Positions 1-12,111 of a stretch of DNA of 64,000 nucleotides are shown in pieces. The notes beneath the pieces are model-generated. The model searched no databases. It saw only the letters and a list, made by a program, of their open reading frames with translations, and had not been told where the DNA came from. Source of the stretch: Bugula neritina (lineage: Eukaryota > Animalia > Bryozoa); NCBI GenBank assembly GCA_964035545.1, contig OZ037765.1, forward strand, positions 13,898,698 to 13,962,697, written 5' to 3'. The translations under genes were made by a program, and so were the position numbers. Positions within the stretch are counted from its first letter, which is position 1. Every line of letters begins with the position of its first letter.

Positions 1-79
1 TTGTAGGGCCTAGACCATAGGGTAATCACTATTAACATGATTAGGACAGTAATACTTATAGTTACACTGATACAAGTAC

Positions 80-1435
80 AAGATTATACCGCAAGACTAG
101 AAAGATGCAAGCATTGTCCAATTATTTAAGAAAGAGTGTAGGAATTATTGGGGTATATCCCTTCTATCTATCGTAGGCAAGATTCTCTTTTGCATACTAC
201 TAAACCGGCAAAATGCAAATATTACACTACAGGCGTCTCAGTGTGATTTAAGAGTTGAGGTAAAATAGACATGGCTTTCTGCTTAAAGCAAGTGCAAAAA
301 ATTGCATAGAACAAAACATGTTACTCTAAATAATATTTACTTCAGCAAGGCATTTGAAACGGTGTCTAGAGCAGGCCGTTAGCAGGTCCTTAAAAAGTTT
401 GGCTGTGCAGACAAGTCCACCAGCATGATTGAAGAGCTTCATACAGGCATGCAAGCAAATGTAGCAAGCAAGGATGTGTCCCGAATCAACATTTTTTTCA
501 CTATACCTGTCAGCCATGCATGAAGTTGCCTTTAAAGACAGCCCAAAAGGCGTATATATAAAAACTAGAAAAGAAGTGGACCTGTCGGATGTAACTCATT
601 TCAAGTTTAAAACCAAAACCACTGCTGACTTAGGCAGATATTTTCTAATGACAGTGCACTAGTGGCTTGTCATTTTAATGACATATAGACTCTAGTCAAC
701 AGATTTGCTACCGCTGCAAAATAATTCAGTCCTGAACCAACATCAAGAAAACAAAATGCCCCAACCAACCTCGAAAGCTTCAAAGTGAAACATATCAGGC
801 AAACATGACAACCATCAATGGAGAACCTTTAAAAAAGCGCAAAACTTTCAGGTACTTTGGAAGCGCAGTAGCTGACAATGTTAGACCAAATAATAAAATT
901 CCTCTGAGAATAGGAGACACTAGTACAGTGTATTGAATATTGAGGACCAGACTTTGAACTAATTGTCATGTTTCAATCAAAATAAAGTGTCAGGTGCTTC
1001 ATTCTACAGTGCTCGCTCGCTGCCTTAATACATGGTGCTGAAACCTGGAACATATACAGTGTGCAAGTTGACAGATTGCAAGCATATTCCATGAGACATA
1101 CGCTCAATCATGGGTATCTCTTGGAGGGACAAGTTTACTAACCAGGAAGTGCTAAAGAAAGCTAGTTTGCCATCTGCAACATCTATCCTCATGCAAATAA
1201 ACTTGGGATGGGTAGGACATCTCGAGAGGATGGACCACATTATTCTCAACTGAAAGGTAGGCAAAACCAAGGAAAGCCCAGACGAAGATTTAAAGACACT
1301 ACGAAGCAAAATATGAAGATAAATATGGACAGGGATGATTAGCAAACGGAGGCTAAATATAGACAAGTGGAGATGTCTGATGAAACCGAATTGAAAACAG
1401 TCATTGGCGCACCAAGACTGCTATGATGATGACGA
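80..1435 (+). mobile_element. Degenerate 5'-truncated RTE-clade non-LTR retrotransposon (RT remnant)
   Basis: Broken frames give RT motifs NYWGISLLSIVGKIL, FSKAFETVSR, FFSLYLSAMHEVAFKD..GVYIKTR, FRYFGS, HGAETW, TNQEVLKKA, LGWVGHLERMD; many stops and frameshifts; GAT-repeat tail near 1422-1445. Confidence 0.8.
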
Positions 1436-1439
1436 TAAC

Positions 1440-2830
1440 TGATGAGTGATAGGATGATACTGGTGGACTGCAGCAATTACAATGATACTTGATAGCCATT
1501 ACTTATTACTGATAGTAATAGTATTAGCAACAATAAGTAACATGATTGAATTATTATTATGATAATCACTGACATTGAGTTTGACTATTAATTAACTTTA
1601 ACTATAAGACATAAGCAAATTAAAAGGTCAAGGTCAAGGCAAGCCTAGAAATAGAGACTGAGACCCATGCTGAGACTGAGTACAACTACAATTATGAAAT
1701 CAACATATAACTATAAGTGACATCCTTGAGCCCCAGCTGGCTTAGTTAATACTATACGTCACCATCCAGTTCGTTAGTTTGGCTGTAAACATAGTGCAAG
1801 ACCAACTCTAACTTTACGACTAAGAGTAACATCAACAGTAACTCTAACTCTGAGTAAAACTAAATGTAACGCTAACTGTAGGTGTAGTGTGGTAATCATT
1901 ATAATAATGGTAATGGTATTAGTTTATATTAAATATCACAATGACAATTATATTCACAATGATTAGATAGCCATAGTGACAACAACAACGTCAATGATCA
2001 TCACTATGAATTATTGAAAATAAATGAACATAAAAATCAATATGAATCTACTAATACTAATAGTAACACTAATATAAATACTCATAATTATTTTCATATT
2101 GATAAGAATAAGATAATTAAAATACATATTGTAATGGGGCGTGGCTTACGCCTCATGCGTATCCCCCCTGCCAATTAGAGAGTGATTGGCAACTATTGGA
2201 TGAAGCCAAGCAGGACAATTTATTTTTAGTTAGTTAGAGTATACTTGCCGTGATGATAAGTAACATTGTACTAATACTTATAGAGATTTCTACGCCATAT
2301 TTTACAGTTTTATAATAAAGTCTTACACACGAAAATATCAGTGAATTGCTTGTGACTAGATGCATATTGCTCACTAGAAGCCCACACAAACATTGTGCTT
2401 CGCACAACAATATAATATTATAAATCATGCAATTCAATTTCATGCTGAACTTGATGTTATTAAAAAATTCTTCCTTATGATAATTATGTTGAATATTAAT
2501 ATAAATATGATACTCAAATTATCATAAAATCAATCTAATAATCACATTTAGTTTTACTGATAAGTGATGAGGATTATCATAATCACTAATTTTAACTATA
2601 AGTATTAGTAAGAACTGATAAGATTAGGTTAAAGTGATAAGACTAAGTCATGAGATAAACCCATAACCATTATCAATATGAATATCATTATGATGAAGAA
2701 ATCGTATTTTCATTTTGATTTTTAAAATTTAAACCCAATTTGAATTTGAATTTCTAGTTCATATGAATATCAATATGAATATGGTGATAGACTTAGAGAT
2801 ACTCATACTGATACTGCCTAAATGCAGTTT
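1440..2830. repeat. Low-complexity degenerate tri/hexanucleotide tract (AGT/ACT/AAT/ATC mosaics)
   Basis: Runs such as gatagtaatagtattagc, aactctaactct, actaatactaatagtaac; interrupted by a GC-richer island at about 2130-2220 containing GGGGCGTGGC and CCAAT. Confidence 0.6.
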
Positions 2831-3225
2831 AATAGTAAGTTCATTTGACGTTTAATTCAACTTTCAGGAAAGCACAAAGTTTAGAGAAAAAATCAGCAAA
2901 TCTATAAGTATAACTGTAAGTATAAATGATTACATCAGTGTAGCACACTAACATCTATCTGCAATTTAGACTGAAAATGATACAAGGAGCTTTCTGTGTC
3001 TTTGGACTTGCCGCTGAGTTCGAATGGCCCAATAAAAACACCAATAAGTTTACAATTATTCTGTAAAATAATATTATATTGGCTACATAGTTATTATCTA
3101 GCCAATAGTAACACTTAAAATGTTTCGAATCATTCAAGACACACGAGTTTTTGAAATGACAACTCGTAGATTAGAAAAACTCTACAGTCTACATTATAAT
3201 ATATTATTATACGATTGACTTATAG

Positions 3226-3456
3226 CATGGATGGACAACTTTTTCTGTTCGAGGACAAGTTCAGAAATTGGCCAAAACGAAGGGACACATACTAAATTTT
3301 ATTATAATACAGTAATTGGTCACAAAACCTATACTGTGCTAATCAGAACACATATAAGTTATAACAGTTTTAACTTATCCTAAGTATTAAAAGGGCCACT
3401 GAAAAACGGGCAAAGGGCAAGAAGTGGCCCTGGGGCCCCCAGTTGTCCACCCCTTG
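3226..3456. mobile_element. Degenerate hAT-like MITE
   Basis: Imperfect TIRs CATGGATGGACAACT / AGTTGTCCACCCCTTG; near 8-bp flanking repeat ACTTATAG / ACTTATAA (1-nt offset). Confidence 0.5.
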
Positions 3457-4199
3457 AACTTATAAAATATACAGTAAGTCGATTCGATGCACCCGTGAAC
3501 CTTGTACAAATAGGCTATACATAATTGACAAGGGCGATCAGAAAGGACCACAGAACATTGCAAAACACAGTCACCTAAAAATATGACAGCAATAAACTAT
3601 ATAAACAATAGAAGTGTGTATTATTTTTAAAATTGGACCAGTTAAATTTACTGTCATTAAACCTATTGTGTGGCTATGACTAAGAGAAATTGAATCAGTT
3701 TAGTCTAAAATACGAAGCAATCCTACTATTTTGAGTAAAAGTGAAATAACATTTACTGACGCATAAACACTTATGTAAATTGATATAAAAACCAAACTTC
3801 GTCCTTTGAGAAATTTAGCATCTACTTCCTCCACCCTGGGCTAATGTGTGACAAAATTATTTAATTTCACACACTCGATGTTTGCTTTATCTGCATGGTT
3901 TTGCTTTAAACTTATTCTAGCTTATAGTTAATGAAAATTTAGTATATAAAAGTCAGACCTTATAGAACAGAATGTACAACTGAACTATAAGCTATAGAGT
4001 TGTTCGTTGAGTTTATATTAAAAAGTGATCCTAATTAACAATGTTTAGTACCATTCACTTTTTTTAGACAATAATTGTTATTTATTTATGCTAAATAACA
4101 TTATTTTGAAAAACAACACCTATATAGGTATTGCAAAATTGCTTGAGAAATGGAGTAAAAGAAAACCACGGTCTTGCCTATTTTCAAATGTAAGGGCTT

Positions 4200-4429
4200 A
4201 AAAACTCACACAAGTTTGTAGTCACAATCTCTGTGATGAAACCCCTGATACAAAAGGTCTTTTTTGTTAAATTGGGCTAAGGACTTATTTAGATGGGGCA
4301 CAAGAGTAATTATGAGTGGATCCTCTTCCTAACATCACCGATGGCCTTTGCAGGAGTTAATGAACCCATTGCCTCATGTTTACTAAGCAAACGCTCTAAC
4401 GCTCTAACCCTTAGAATACCGCTACTCCT
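4200..4429 (-). mobile_element. tRNA-derived SINE, copy 1 (degenerate)
   Basis: Alignable by eye over about 220 bp with copies at 44219-44433 (+) and 55231-55434 (-). Confidence 0.8.
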
Positions 4430-4437
4430 TAAGCATG

Positions 4438-4744
4438 TGTTATGTTTTTCAGATTTAGGGTTGATATGCTATCCAGAGAGTCTAATTACTTGCTATAGAA
4501 CTGCACCAGGATAAGTCGAGTGAACGAGTATATATTTTACACACAATAATACATTATAAAAACGATACAAATACATCTGACAATTTACACATCTAATCTA
4601 TTCAGCACTCTAACTTCGACTGAGTTAGCAGCGGGAAACTATAATTGCTGCTAACTATCAAACACGCTAATTGGCTATCCATTGTTCCGGGTCAATTACG
4701 CGACCCTACGTGTTGTGCTGCTGGTAGCTCCACGAGCCACCACA
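4438..4744 (-). repeat. 3' LTR of Gypsy 1
   Basis: Direct repeat of 10859-11165; one mismatch seen (GCAGCGGGAAAC vs GCAGCAGGAAAC). Confidence 0.97.
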
Positions 4745-5028
4745 CCGCCCCCACCAGCAGAAAGCCCTCTTTCTGATATAAAAAAAAACATTCATTATTA
4801 ACCACATACATCAGTAGACCAAAATAATACATAACACACATAAAGATATATAATAACAGACAGAGTCATTATAACAACCGGTTACATACAATTGACCAGC
4901 TATAGAGGAGGAATACCGGCTAGTTGTGGTATTGGACAAGGAATAGGCCTGTCGAGCAGTCAAGCATTTACATGACATCCTGGTTTCTCCCAAGAGGACG
5001 AAGTTGCGGATTATTCCGGGTAGCAGAA

Positions 5029-5816
5029 CTAGAGTCCTTGTTGGGCACGCCGGTGCTTGGCTTGGCATGTACGCAGTTTCCGTTTCATCCGGCCTACTGA
5101 TCATTTTAGTTGGAAGAGCCCCGTCGTAGTATTAAGTAGATCCGGTGCTAACTGGGTGAATTCTTCTTGTAGTCGGAGGAGGCGTTCCTCTACTGTGGCC
5201 AGGCGAACTGGGTCTGGGGACGGTGTCCGTCTGCGGCGCAAAGGGGGACTGGGAGACCTGGTTCGTCTCTTCATCGGGGTAGGGGATACCTCTCCTTCTT
5301 CTGGATAGGCAATTTCGTCGGGGGTGTACACCATCTGAGGGCGGTCAGATACCAATGGGGATTGTTGTCTGCCATAGTCTAATACGCGTTGGAAACCCGA
5401 GGTCAGGACGGCCAACAACATTGCCTTCTTTACTAGGGGTCGTATCAGGGTGAGGAATTCCGGATAGAGCTTGACGTCGACCACATAATTCTCTCCAGAG
5501 AAACAGCCCGCCGCTCGATGTCTGGTGACGGGGTAGGGGTAAACGTCATTGTATCCGCAGGGGCAGAATGTGAGTAGGAGATGGGCGTTGACATGTAGCT
5601 TCAAGGAGCGGTGAGAGGCACATTCTTCGCCACAAATCTGGCATCTCGTCCGTCCTCTGGACCCCCAGGCCGTTTCTATTTCCTCCTCTGTTTCTGGAGA
5701 CACCTACCGCCAACGGCGGCGTAGTGGCTCGGGCTGGTCACCATTGGCATACTCCTCAGGATGCGGAGCGGGAAGTGCTCTATCCCGTACCCTGGTTGTA
5801 GCGGGTCGAGTGTAAT
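5029..5816 (-). pseudogene. Gypsy 1 accessory ORF3: C2H2 zinc finger + RS/P-rich region + coiled coil (core ORF 5101-5703, frame interrupted by two stops)
   Basis: CQIC-x12-HVNAH canonical C2H2 spacing, then CPC..H...C; RRTRSPSPPLRRRRTPSP; heptad-like LATVEERLLRLQEEFTQL; frame continues through TAG 5704-5706 and TGA 5101-5103. Confidence 0.7.
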
Positions 5817-6130
5817 CTGAAAAAGTTTCAACAGTGTTAATACAGTACACTGCCGTGTTGTCAGCTTGAATAGCTTGGCAACTCCTAATTCAGTTACCTC
5901 GTAGAGATTTATGGTAGTGAATAGTCAGATAGAACACGTATTGCAATGAGATTATAAAAATCTCTAAGTCAAACTGAGTTCTTACTACGGTATTTCACTA
6001 ACCTATCTCCAGCTCGATTGACTCAGTGAGTCGGAGCTGAGCGATGCAATCTAGTTTCATATTAAGATATAGTTAACTCACCCCACGATCTGTTGTCGTA
6101 AGACATACTGAATGTGTGAAATGGTTTGAA

Positions 6131-9100
6131 CTACTGCTTAGAAACACGTCTACTCCTGACTGCATCAGCGTATGAAAAGATCGAGCACCGTGGTTGGGGT
6201 GCGTGATTAAGACTTTGTGCACCCGGCGGATGAATTTTGTTTCTATTTCCGCCGATACAAAAGTTGATATTTTCGTGGTGTTGACAACTCCCACATTTGC
6301 TCGATACTTTTCTCGTACGGTTTTCCCCTAGACTTTCGTACGCGCTGCTTTTAACGCAGTCGCATACGAAGTCCTTCAAGTATGCGGGGGGTTGCCTCGT
6401 ACGCTGTCCCCTTTCTAGGGGGGGTGACACGCTCGCCGGTTCGTTAGTAGGGGCCTCTAATGGCGTCTCTACTTCACCGTTAGCGGTCACCTCTTCTTGT
6501 TCTCCGGATGGAGCCCCTCCCTCCAGGGGGTTTTGCACTTCCGGAACCGGCTCGGTTTCTGGAAGTGATGGAATTAAACTTGGCGGTGGCGGACACGCTT
6601 CCGTTGGCAAAAGCTGTCGCTCCTCTCTCACCACGTTTTCTTCCCGCGGTATGACCACTTCGTATTCAGGTCCATGCCGCTGTCGCCCGCGCGTTGTTGT
6701 CTGCCTCCTGGGTTCCAACAACGGGGGGGGCTTCTCCCACTGCGTCGGGGCTAGCCCAATACGGTTTCAAGCGAGACTCATTCTGGATAGACACCTGTCC
6801 TGAGCGCTCAATCTTGTATGTATGATTGGGCATAGCCTCGACGATCACGTAGGGTCCTACGAACTTAGGCTTTAGTTTATCAGCCTGTCCGCGACGCCTA
6901 CGGTAATTGACCATCCACACCTTATCTCCCGTTTGGTAGAGAGGTGGTTCATCGGAATCTTCGTGCCGCACCTTCCACTGCTGTTCGCGCAGTATATCGT
7001 GTGCGGCCTTCATCCGTTCCACTAGTTCACTGGCATACTCGTGAACCGAGTTGTCTTGCTCTGGAACGTGGTAGGTGAGATGGTCAGGGACACGAGTCTC
7101 TCTCCCGAGCATCAAGAGGTTTGGGGTCTCACCAGTACTGGTGTGTGGGGTGCTACGGCATGCACGCATGACTTGCGGCAACATCGTATCCCATTCCTCT
7201 TGGCCTCGTCCAAGGAGGAGACTCCGGAGCGCATCACCTAGCATCCGGTTGTTGCGCTCCACCACCCCATTACCTTGAGGGTGGTAGGGGGTGGTCCGGC
7301 TCTGATTTACTCCCCAGAGGTGGCAAAGGTCGCTCATCAGTTGAGACTGGAATTGAGCGCCTTGATCAGAATAACCAAAATAACAGAATACATGTTGGTC
7401 TAGTGCCCTGGCCACTGTTGGGGCTGACGCATCTGGGATAGCTAGAGCATCCGCCCACCTAGTAAAGTGGTCGGTTAGTACTAAGATCCAACTATTGCCT
7501 CTGGGGGTCAGGGGCATCGGTCCGACCAGGTCTACAGCGACTACTTGCCAGGGCCTACCAGCATATAGCCTCCGCCGTCCTGCTTCACCAGGGGGACGGC
7601 TATGCTTACTGGCCTGACAGATCTCACACTATTTGACTCTGAGCCGGACGTCACGCTCCATTTGTGGCCAATACCACCGGAGTCGTAATTTGGATATCAC
7701 TCTCTTGACCCCTGCGTGGGCCTGTTTGTGAGTATCCCAAATCAACTCACGGCGGATGGCAGTGGGGCAGACTACCCTCTTCCTCTCCGGGTGTCTGCCG
7801 CTGGCGGCTAGAGAGATGGTTAGTAACCCATCCTGCCCGATCCGCAGCGAGTCCCAACGCTGACAGTATAGCCGGAACTCGGCGCATCCCTGTCGTATGC
7901 GTTCCTCGCTGGATCGTCGCCCTTCCCTTTTGGCCCGATATATGTCTGCCACGACTCCAGGCAGCTCTTCTTGGAGCTTCTTCAGCTCTCGAACATTACC
8001 GGCCAGTACAGGGTTGGCGCGGAGGTTTTGTACACCCTCCGGGGACTCATCAACTTCCTGTCTGAGTTGACCTTGGTCCCAGTCAAACGGTGCTCCGTGG
8101 TGAGCCAGCATCTCCAACTCGCATCGCGGGGGACCTCCATCCCTCCTCTCGATGTTGAGACACTGTTTGCAACCTCCATCAGGTCGGCGACTCAAACCAT
8201 CCGCATTGCTGTGTCTCCTGCCCGGTCGATGTTCGATCCGGTATGAGAATTCAGCTAGGATTTCGAGCCACCGGGCGACCTGACTAGAGGGCTCTGCTCT
8301 CTTGCACAACCAGATCAGCGAGGCATGATCCGTACGCAGCCGGAACTTCCTGCCATATAGGTATGGTCTGAAGTGCTTCGCTGACTTGATTACTGCCAGC
8401 AACTCCTTGCGGGTAGTGCAGTAATTTCGTTCAGTGGGAGAGAGAGACTTGCTGTAGTAGGCTACTACTACTTCTCGGCCTTCCTGCACTTGTGACAGCA
8501 CAGCGCCAACATTTTGGTCACTGGCGTCAGTGTCAAGGATGTACTCCAGAGTGGGGTCTGGGTAGGCCAAGATGGGTGCTGTTAGTAGGCAGCCCTTGAG
8601 GCGGTCGAACGCTCCTTGTTCGACTGGGGTCCACTGCCACGTCACTCCCTTTGCGGTGAGCCGATTTAACGGCTGTGCTATGCCCGCAAAGTCTGGTATG
8701 TATTGCCTGTAATACCCTACCAGCCCCAAGAAAGCCCGGAGTCCGGTCAAGTCTTGGGGGGTGACCCAGTCTTCTATTGCCCGTACCTTCTCGGGATCCG
8801 TTGCCACGCCGTTTCGACCAACCGTCTTTCTTCCGGACCAGTACGACTGGCGAGCTCCACGCACTATGGGCGGGCTCTATCAGTCCCCGGTCCAGGAGAT
8901 CCTGTACTTGTCGGCTAACCTCCTTCTCTTTCTCCGGCCCCAGCCTGCGTGTGGGCTGCCGGACAGGGACTGTCCCTGCAGTCAGCGGTATTTCGTGTCT
9001 GACAATTCCAGTCAGTCCCACGTCATGATCTCCGCTGCTGAACACATCCCCGTAGTTGCGTAGTAACTTCGCCATAACTTGGCGTTCTTTGTTACTCGCG

Positions 9101-9925
9101 CAGCCGCTACAGGCTGTGTCATACAACTCCCGGAGATGTGCTGGGACTGCCCCTCGCCCTTGAGTAGGGCACTGAGGGAGTACTTCCGTCGCATCTCCCA
9201 GCGACGGGCCTACGTCCTCCTCTTGAACAGAGTGAAAACGGCCCAGCATCGACCCAGCCGGAAGCTTGACAGACTCGGTAAAGGGGTTGACGCACTGCAC
9301 TAAGATCTCCCCTTGCTCAGTCAGCTGATTCAGACTGCTGGCAAGTTGGATCTTTTCGTGCGCGCCTTCAACTACCCCGAGTCCAGAGATCCGGCTATTG
9401 TTCACCCTGCAGTGAATGGTAGCCCGGAAGCGGCCTGGTATGGTACGGTTGCGTACCACTTGCACACCTCCCACTAAAGGGCGGCCGAACTTGTCGACGC
9501 AGGCGAGTTCTCGCCCGGACATCATCATCCAGTTTACCGGGCAAGAAATAGCTGTTCCCATGGGGCTGCACCTGAACTCTCTCTTCAGGCCTTACTCTCG
9601 CAGGGAGTACCTCCCTCGCTTTGGGTCGCGAAGGAGGTCTCTTGAGGCGGTGGTAAGTAGGCCTCGGGGGTGCCGAGGCTAGATTCCCGGCTACCTTTGT
9701 GGGCTCCCATCCAGATTCTTGGGCTTGTAGCCCTGCGAATCTGTTGTGAAGGGGCATGGAAAAGGTAGCCACGGGGCGAAGCCCCTTGCTGGTCCGTCGT
9801 GGCTGTTGCCACTGTTGGTTGCCAGTACGCGGTACCCGTCTGGGTGACCTGCGTTTCTTCTTCCCTGGAGGTTTCATCGTCGGCCCGCAGGAGGTGGGAA
9901 CATCTGCGGGCCGCGGTAGTTTAAC
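6131..9925 (-). pseudogene. pol: Gypsy 1 pol, disrupted (protease and RT core deleted; RNase H and integrase remain)
   Basis: WSSPVVLVRKKDG jumps directly to VGRNGVATDPEK (no YLDD); ILDTDAS...TDHASL RNase H; LVLTDHFTRW, SDQG, GNGVVER, KFVGPY integrase; frameshifts near 9530, 8820, 7630 and 6720. Confidence 0.92.
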
Positions 9926-10827
9926 CCCTGATTTAGGAAGGGACAGTATCGGCGGAAATGTCCTTGATTTCCGCACTCCCAGCAAAAACTGACTGTTTCT
10001 CCCTGTGGCGGCGCCGGTGGCCGCACGGGCTCAGTGGCGGTACTCACTGGGGTTTGTGGTGTCAGTGTTGCTATCAGTTTGGCCAGCATGTCTGTCAGTT
10101 GAGTGACTTTCGATGCCGTCGCCAGCTGGGACACGGCTGCCGCGGCGGGGGTTTCCTCCCCTTGTCCCGCGGCCGTGTCCGCGCGGTCTATCTTCACTTG
10201 ACGGGAGCTCCCGCGACTTTTATGCATTTGATTAGCTAGGAGGTAAGCTTCTCCCTCAGTCAGAGCATCTTCAACGGTGGTGACTCCCCTAGCTAGAAAC
10301 TGGTGGTGGAGACCCAAATCGTCGACAGATGCTATGAAAGCGTCGAGGGTATACCTCTTGCGGTTGACTGGTGGCAAGTCACTGTACGCGATCTGTGCCA
10401 GCTTCATGACCGCGGCGGCGTGCTCCCGCAGCGGGGTGCGGGGATCACGCCGCAACCTCTGCAATCGGGCCCTGGCATCTGTAGCAGAGAGGCCGAAGCG
10501 GGCCCGCAGAGAAGCAAAGATATTATCAATGTCTACGCCCAGCCCATACGGCTTGGCTTTGTCCATCAATGCCATTCTAAGCTTCAGCAAGGCCACCCTA
10601 GGGGGCCACTGGGCGACGTCCATTACGTCGCTAAACTCTTGGATAAATTGTTCCACCTCCTCTTCGCCCGTGAAGGTGGGCGCCTTTAACCGGTAGCGGT
10701 CTTCAGTTAGTTCTCGCGGAACCCTTCGCTCTTCTACTACATGGTTAACAGGCATTGTCTCTACAGCATTGTCTCTACGCTCACCTTCTACTGCCGGTGG
10801 TTGCATTCCAGCATTTTCAGTCTCCAT
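9874..10827 (-). CDS. gag: Gypsy 1 Gag (317 aa) with CCHC zinc knuckle
   Basis: KAPTFTGEEEVEQFI capsid-type motif; CWECGNQGHFRRYC knuckle; starts just after the PBS. Confidence 0.93.
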   Translation of the reverse strand: METENAGMQPPAVEGERRDNAVETMPVNHVVEERRVPRELTEDRYRLKAPTFTGEEEVEQFIQEFSDVMDVAQWPPRVALLKLRMALMDKAKPYGLGVDIDNIFASLRARFGLSATDARARLQRLRRDPRTPLREHAAAVMKLAQIAYSDLPPVNRKRYTLDAFIASVDDLGLHHQFLARGVTTVEDALTEGEAYLLANQMHKSRGSSRQVKIDRADTAAGQGEETPAAAAVSQLATASKVTQLTDMLAKLIATLTPQTPVSTATEPVRPPAPPQGETVSFCWECGNQGHFRRYCPFLNQGLNYRGPQMFPPPAGRR

Positions 10828-10839
10828 CTTGGATGCACT

Positions 10840-10857
10840 ATCCCACTGCTGCCACCA
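10840..10857 (-). promoter_or_regulatory. Primer binding site (tRNA-Leu) of Gypsy 1
   Basis: Minus strand TGGTGGCAGCAGTGGGAT, complementary to the tRNA-Leu 3' end ATCCCAC(C/T)GCTGCCACCA, 1 nt from the 5' LTR. Confidence 0.85.
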
Positions 10858-10858
10858 C

Positions 10859-11165
10859 TGTTATGTTTTTCAGATTTAGGGTTGATATGCTATCCAGAGA
10901 GTCTAATTACTTGCTATAGAACTGCACCAGGATAAGTCGAGTGAACGAGTATATATTTTACACACAATAATACATTATAAAAACGATACAAATACATCTG
11001 ACAATTTACACATCTAATCTATTCAGCACTCTAACTTCGACTGAGTTAGCAGCAGGAAACTATAATTGCTGCTAACTATCAAACACGCTAATTGGCTATC
11101 CATTGTTCCGGGTCAATTACGCGACCCTACGTGTTGTGCTGCTGGTAGCTCCACGAGCCACCACA
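10859..11165 (-). repeat. 5' LTR of Gypsy 1
   Basis: 307-bp direct repeat of 4438-4744, adjacent to PBS. Confidence 0.97.
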
Positions 11166-11605
11166 CATGTAAGGAGTTTAATGCCAGATATAAAAATATA
11201 GTAATTATAATTATACTAACATTAGAAAACTCTGGGGCCGACTATAATCATTGATAGCAACTATAACCCATGTTCTTTATATATAACAATATTATATTAC
11301 ACCCCTATATAAACCTGTATGGTTGCAATTTGCTATATCACTAAACTACTGACAAACCAAAATAATACTTGGTGAGAAAAGTTGCTCTTGAAAAAAATGC
11401 ACAGGTTTTATTTAGAGAAGCTTAAGCTTAAGAAGTGCAAAAATATTCCTACCTATGTGCAGGTTATAAGACATTGGCTGTGTACCATTTAGATTTGAAG
11501 GACACCCAACTATGGTGCAGATAGTTAGTTGAAATACCCCTCTTAGCACATAGCAAATAATAATTTATTTATTATACTAATTAGTAATAAGTAATAACCT
11601 AGTAA

Positions 11606-12111
<506 letters not shown>

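Larger units (their letters stand above)
4438..11165 (-). mobile_element. Ty3/Gypsy LTR retrotransposon 1 (internally deleted, with extra ORF)
   Basis: 307-bp LTRs TG...CA, CATG TSD (4434-4437, 11166-11169), tRNA-Leu PBS, PPT next to 4745, gag plus fragmented pol in RT-RH-IN order. Confidence 0.97.

Noticed and set aside
5101-5703. ORF3 as an env gene
   Set aside because: No signal peptide, furin site or C-terminal TM anchor; zinc finger and basic SP repeats point to a nuclear protein
6297-10696. Numerous plus-strand ORFs over Gypsy 1
   Set aside because: Antisense shadows of GC-rich gag/pol
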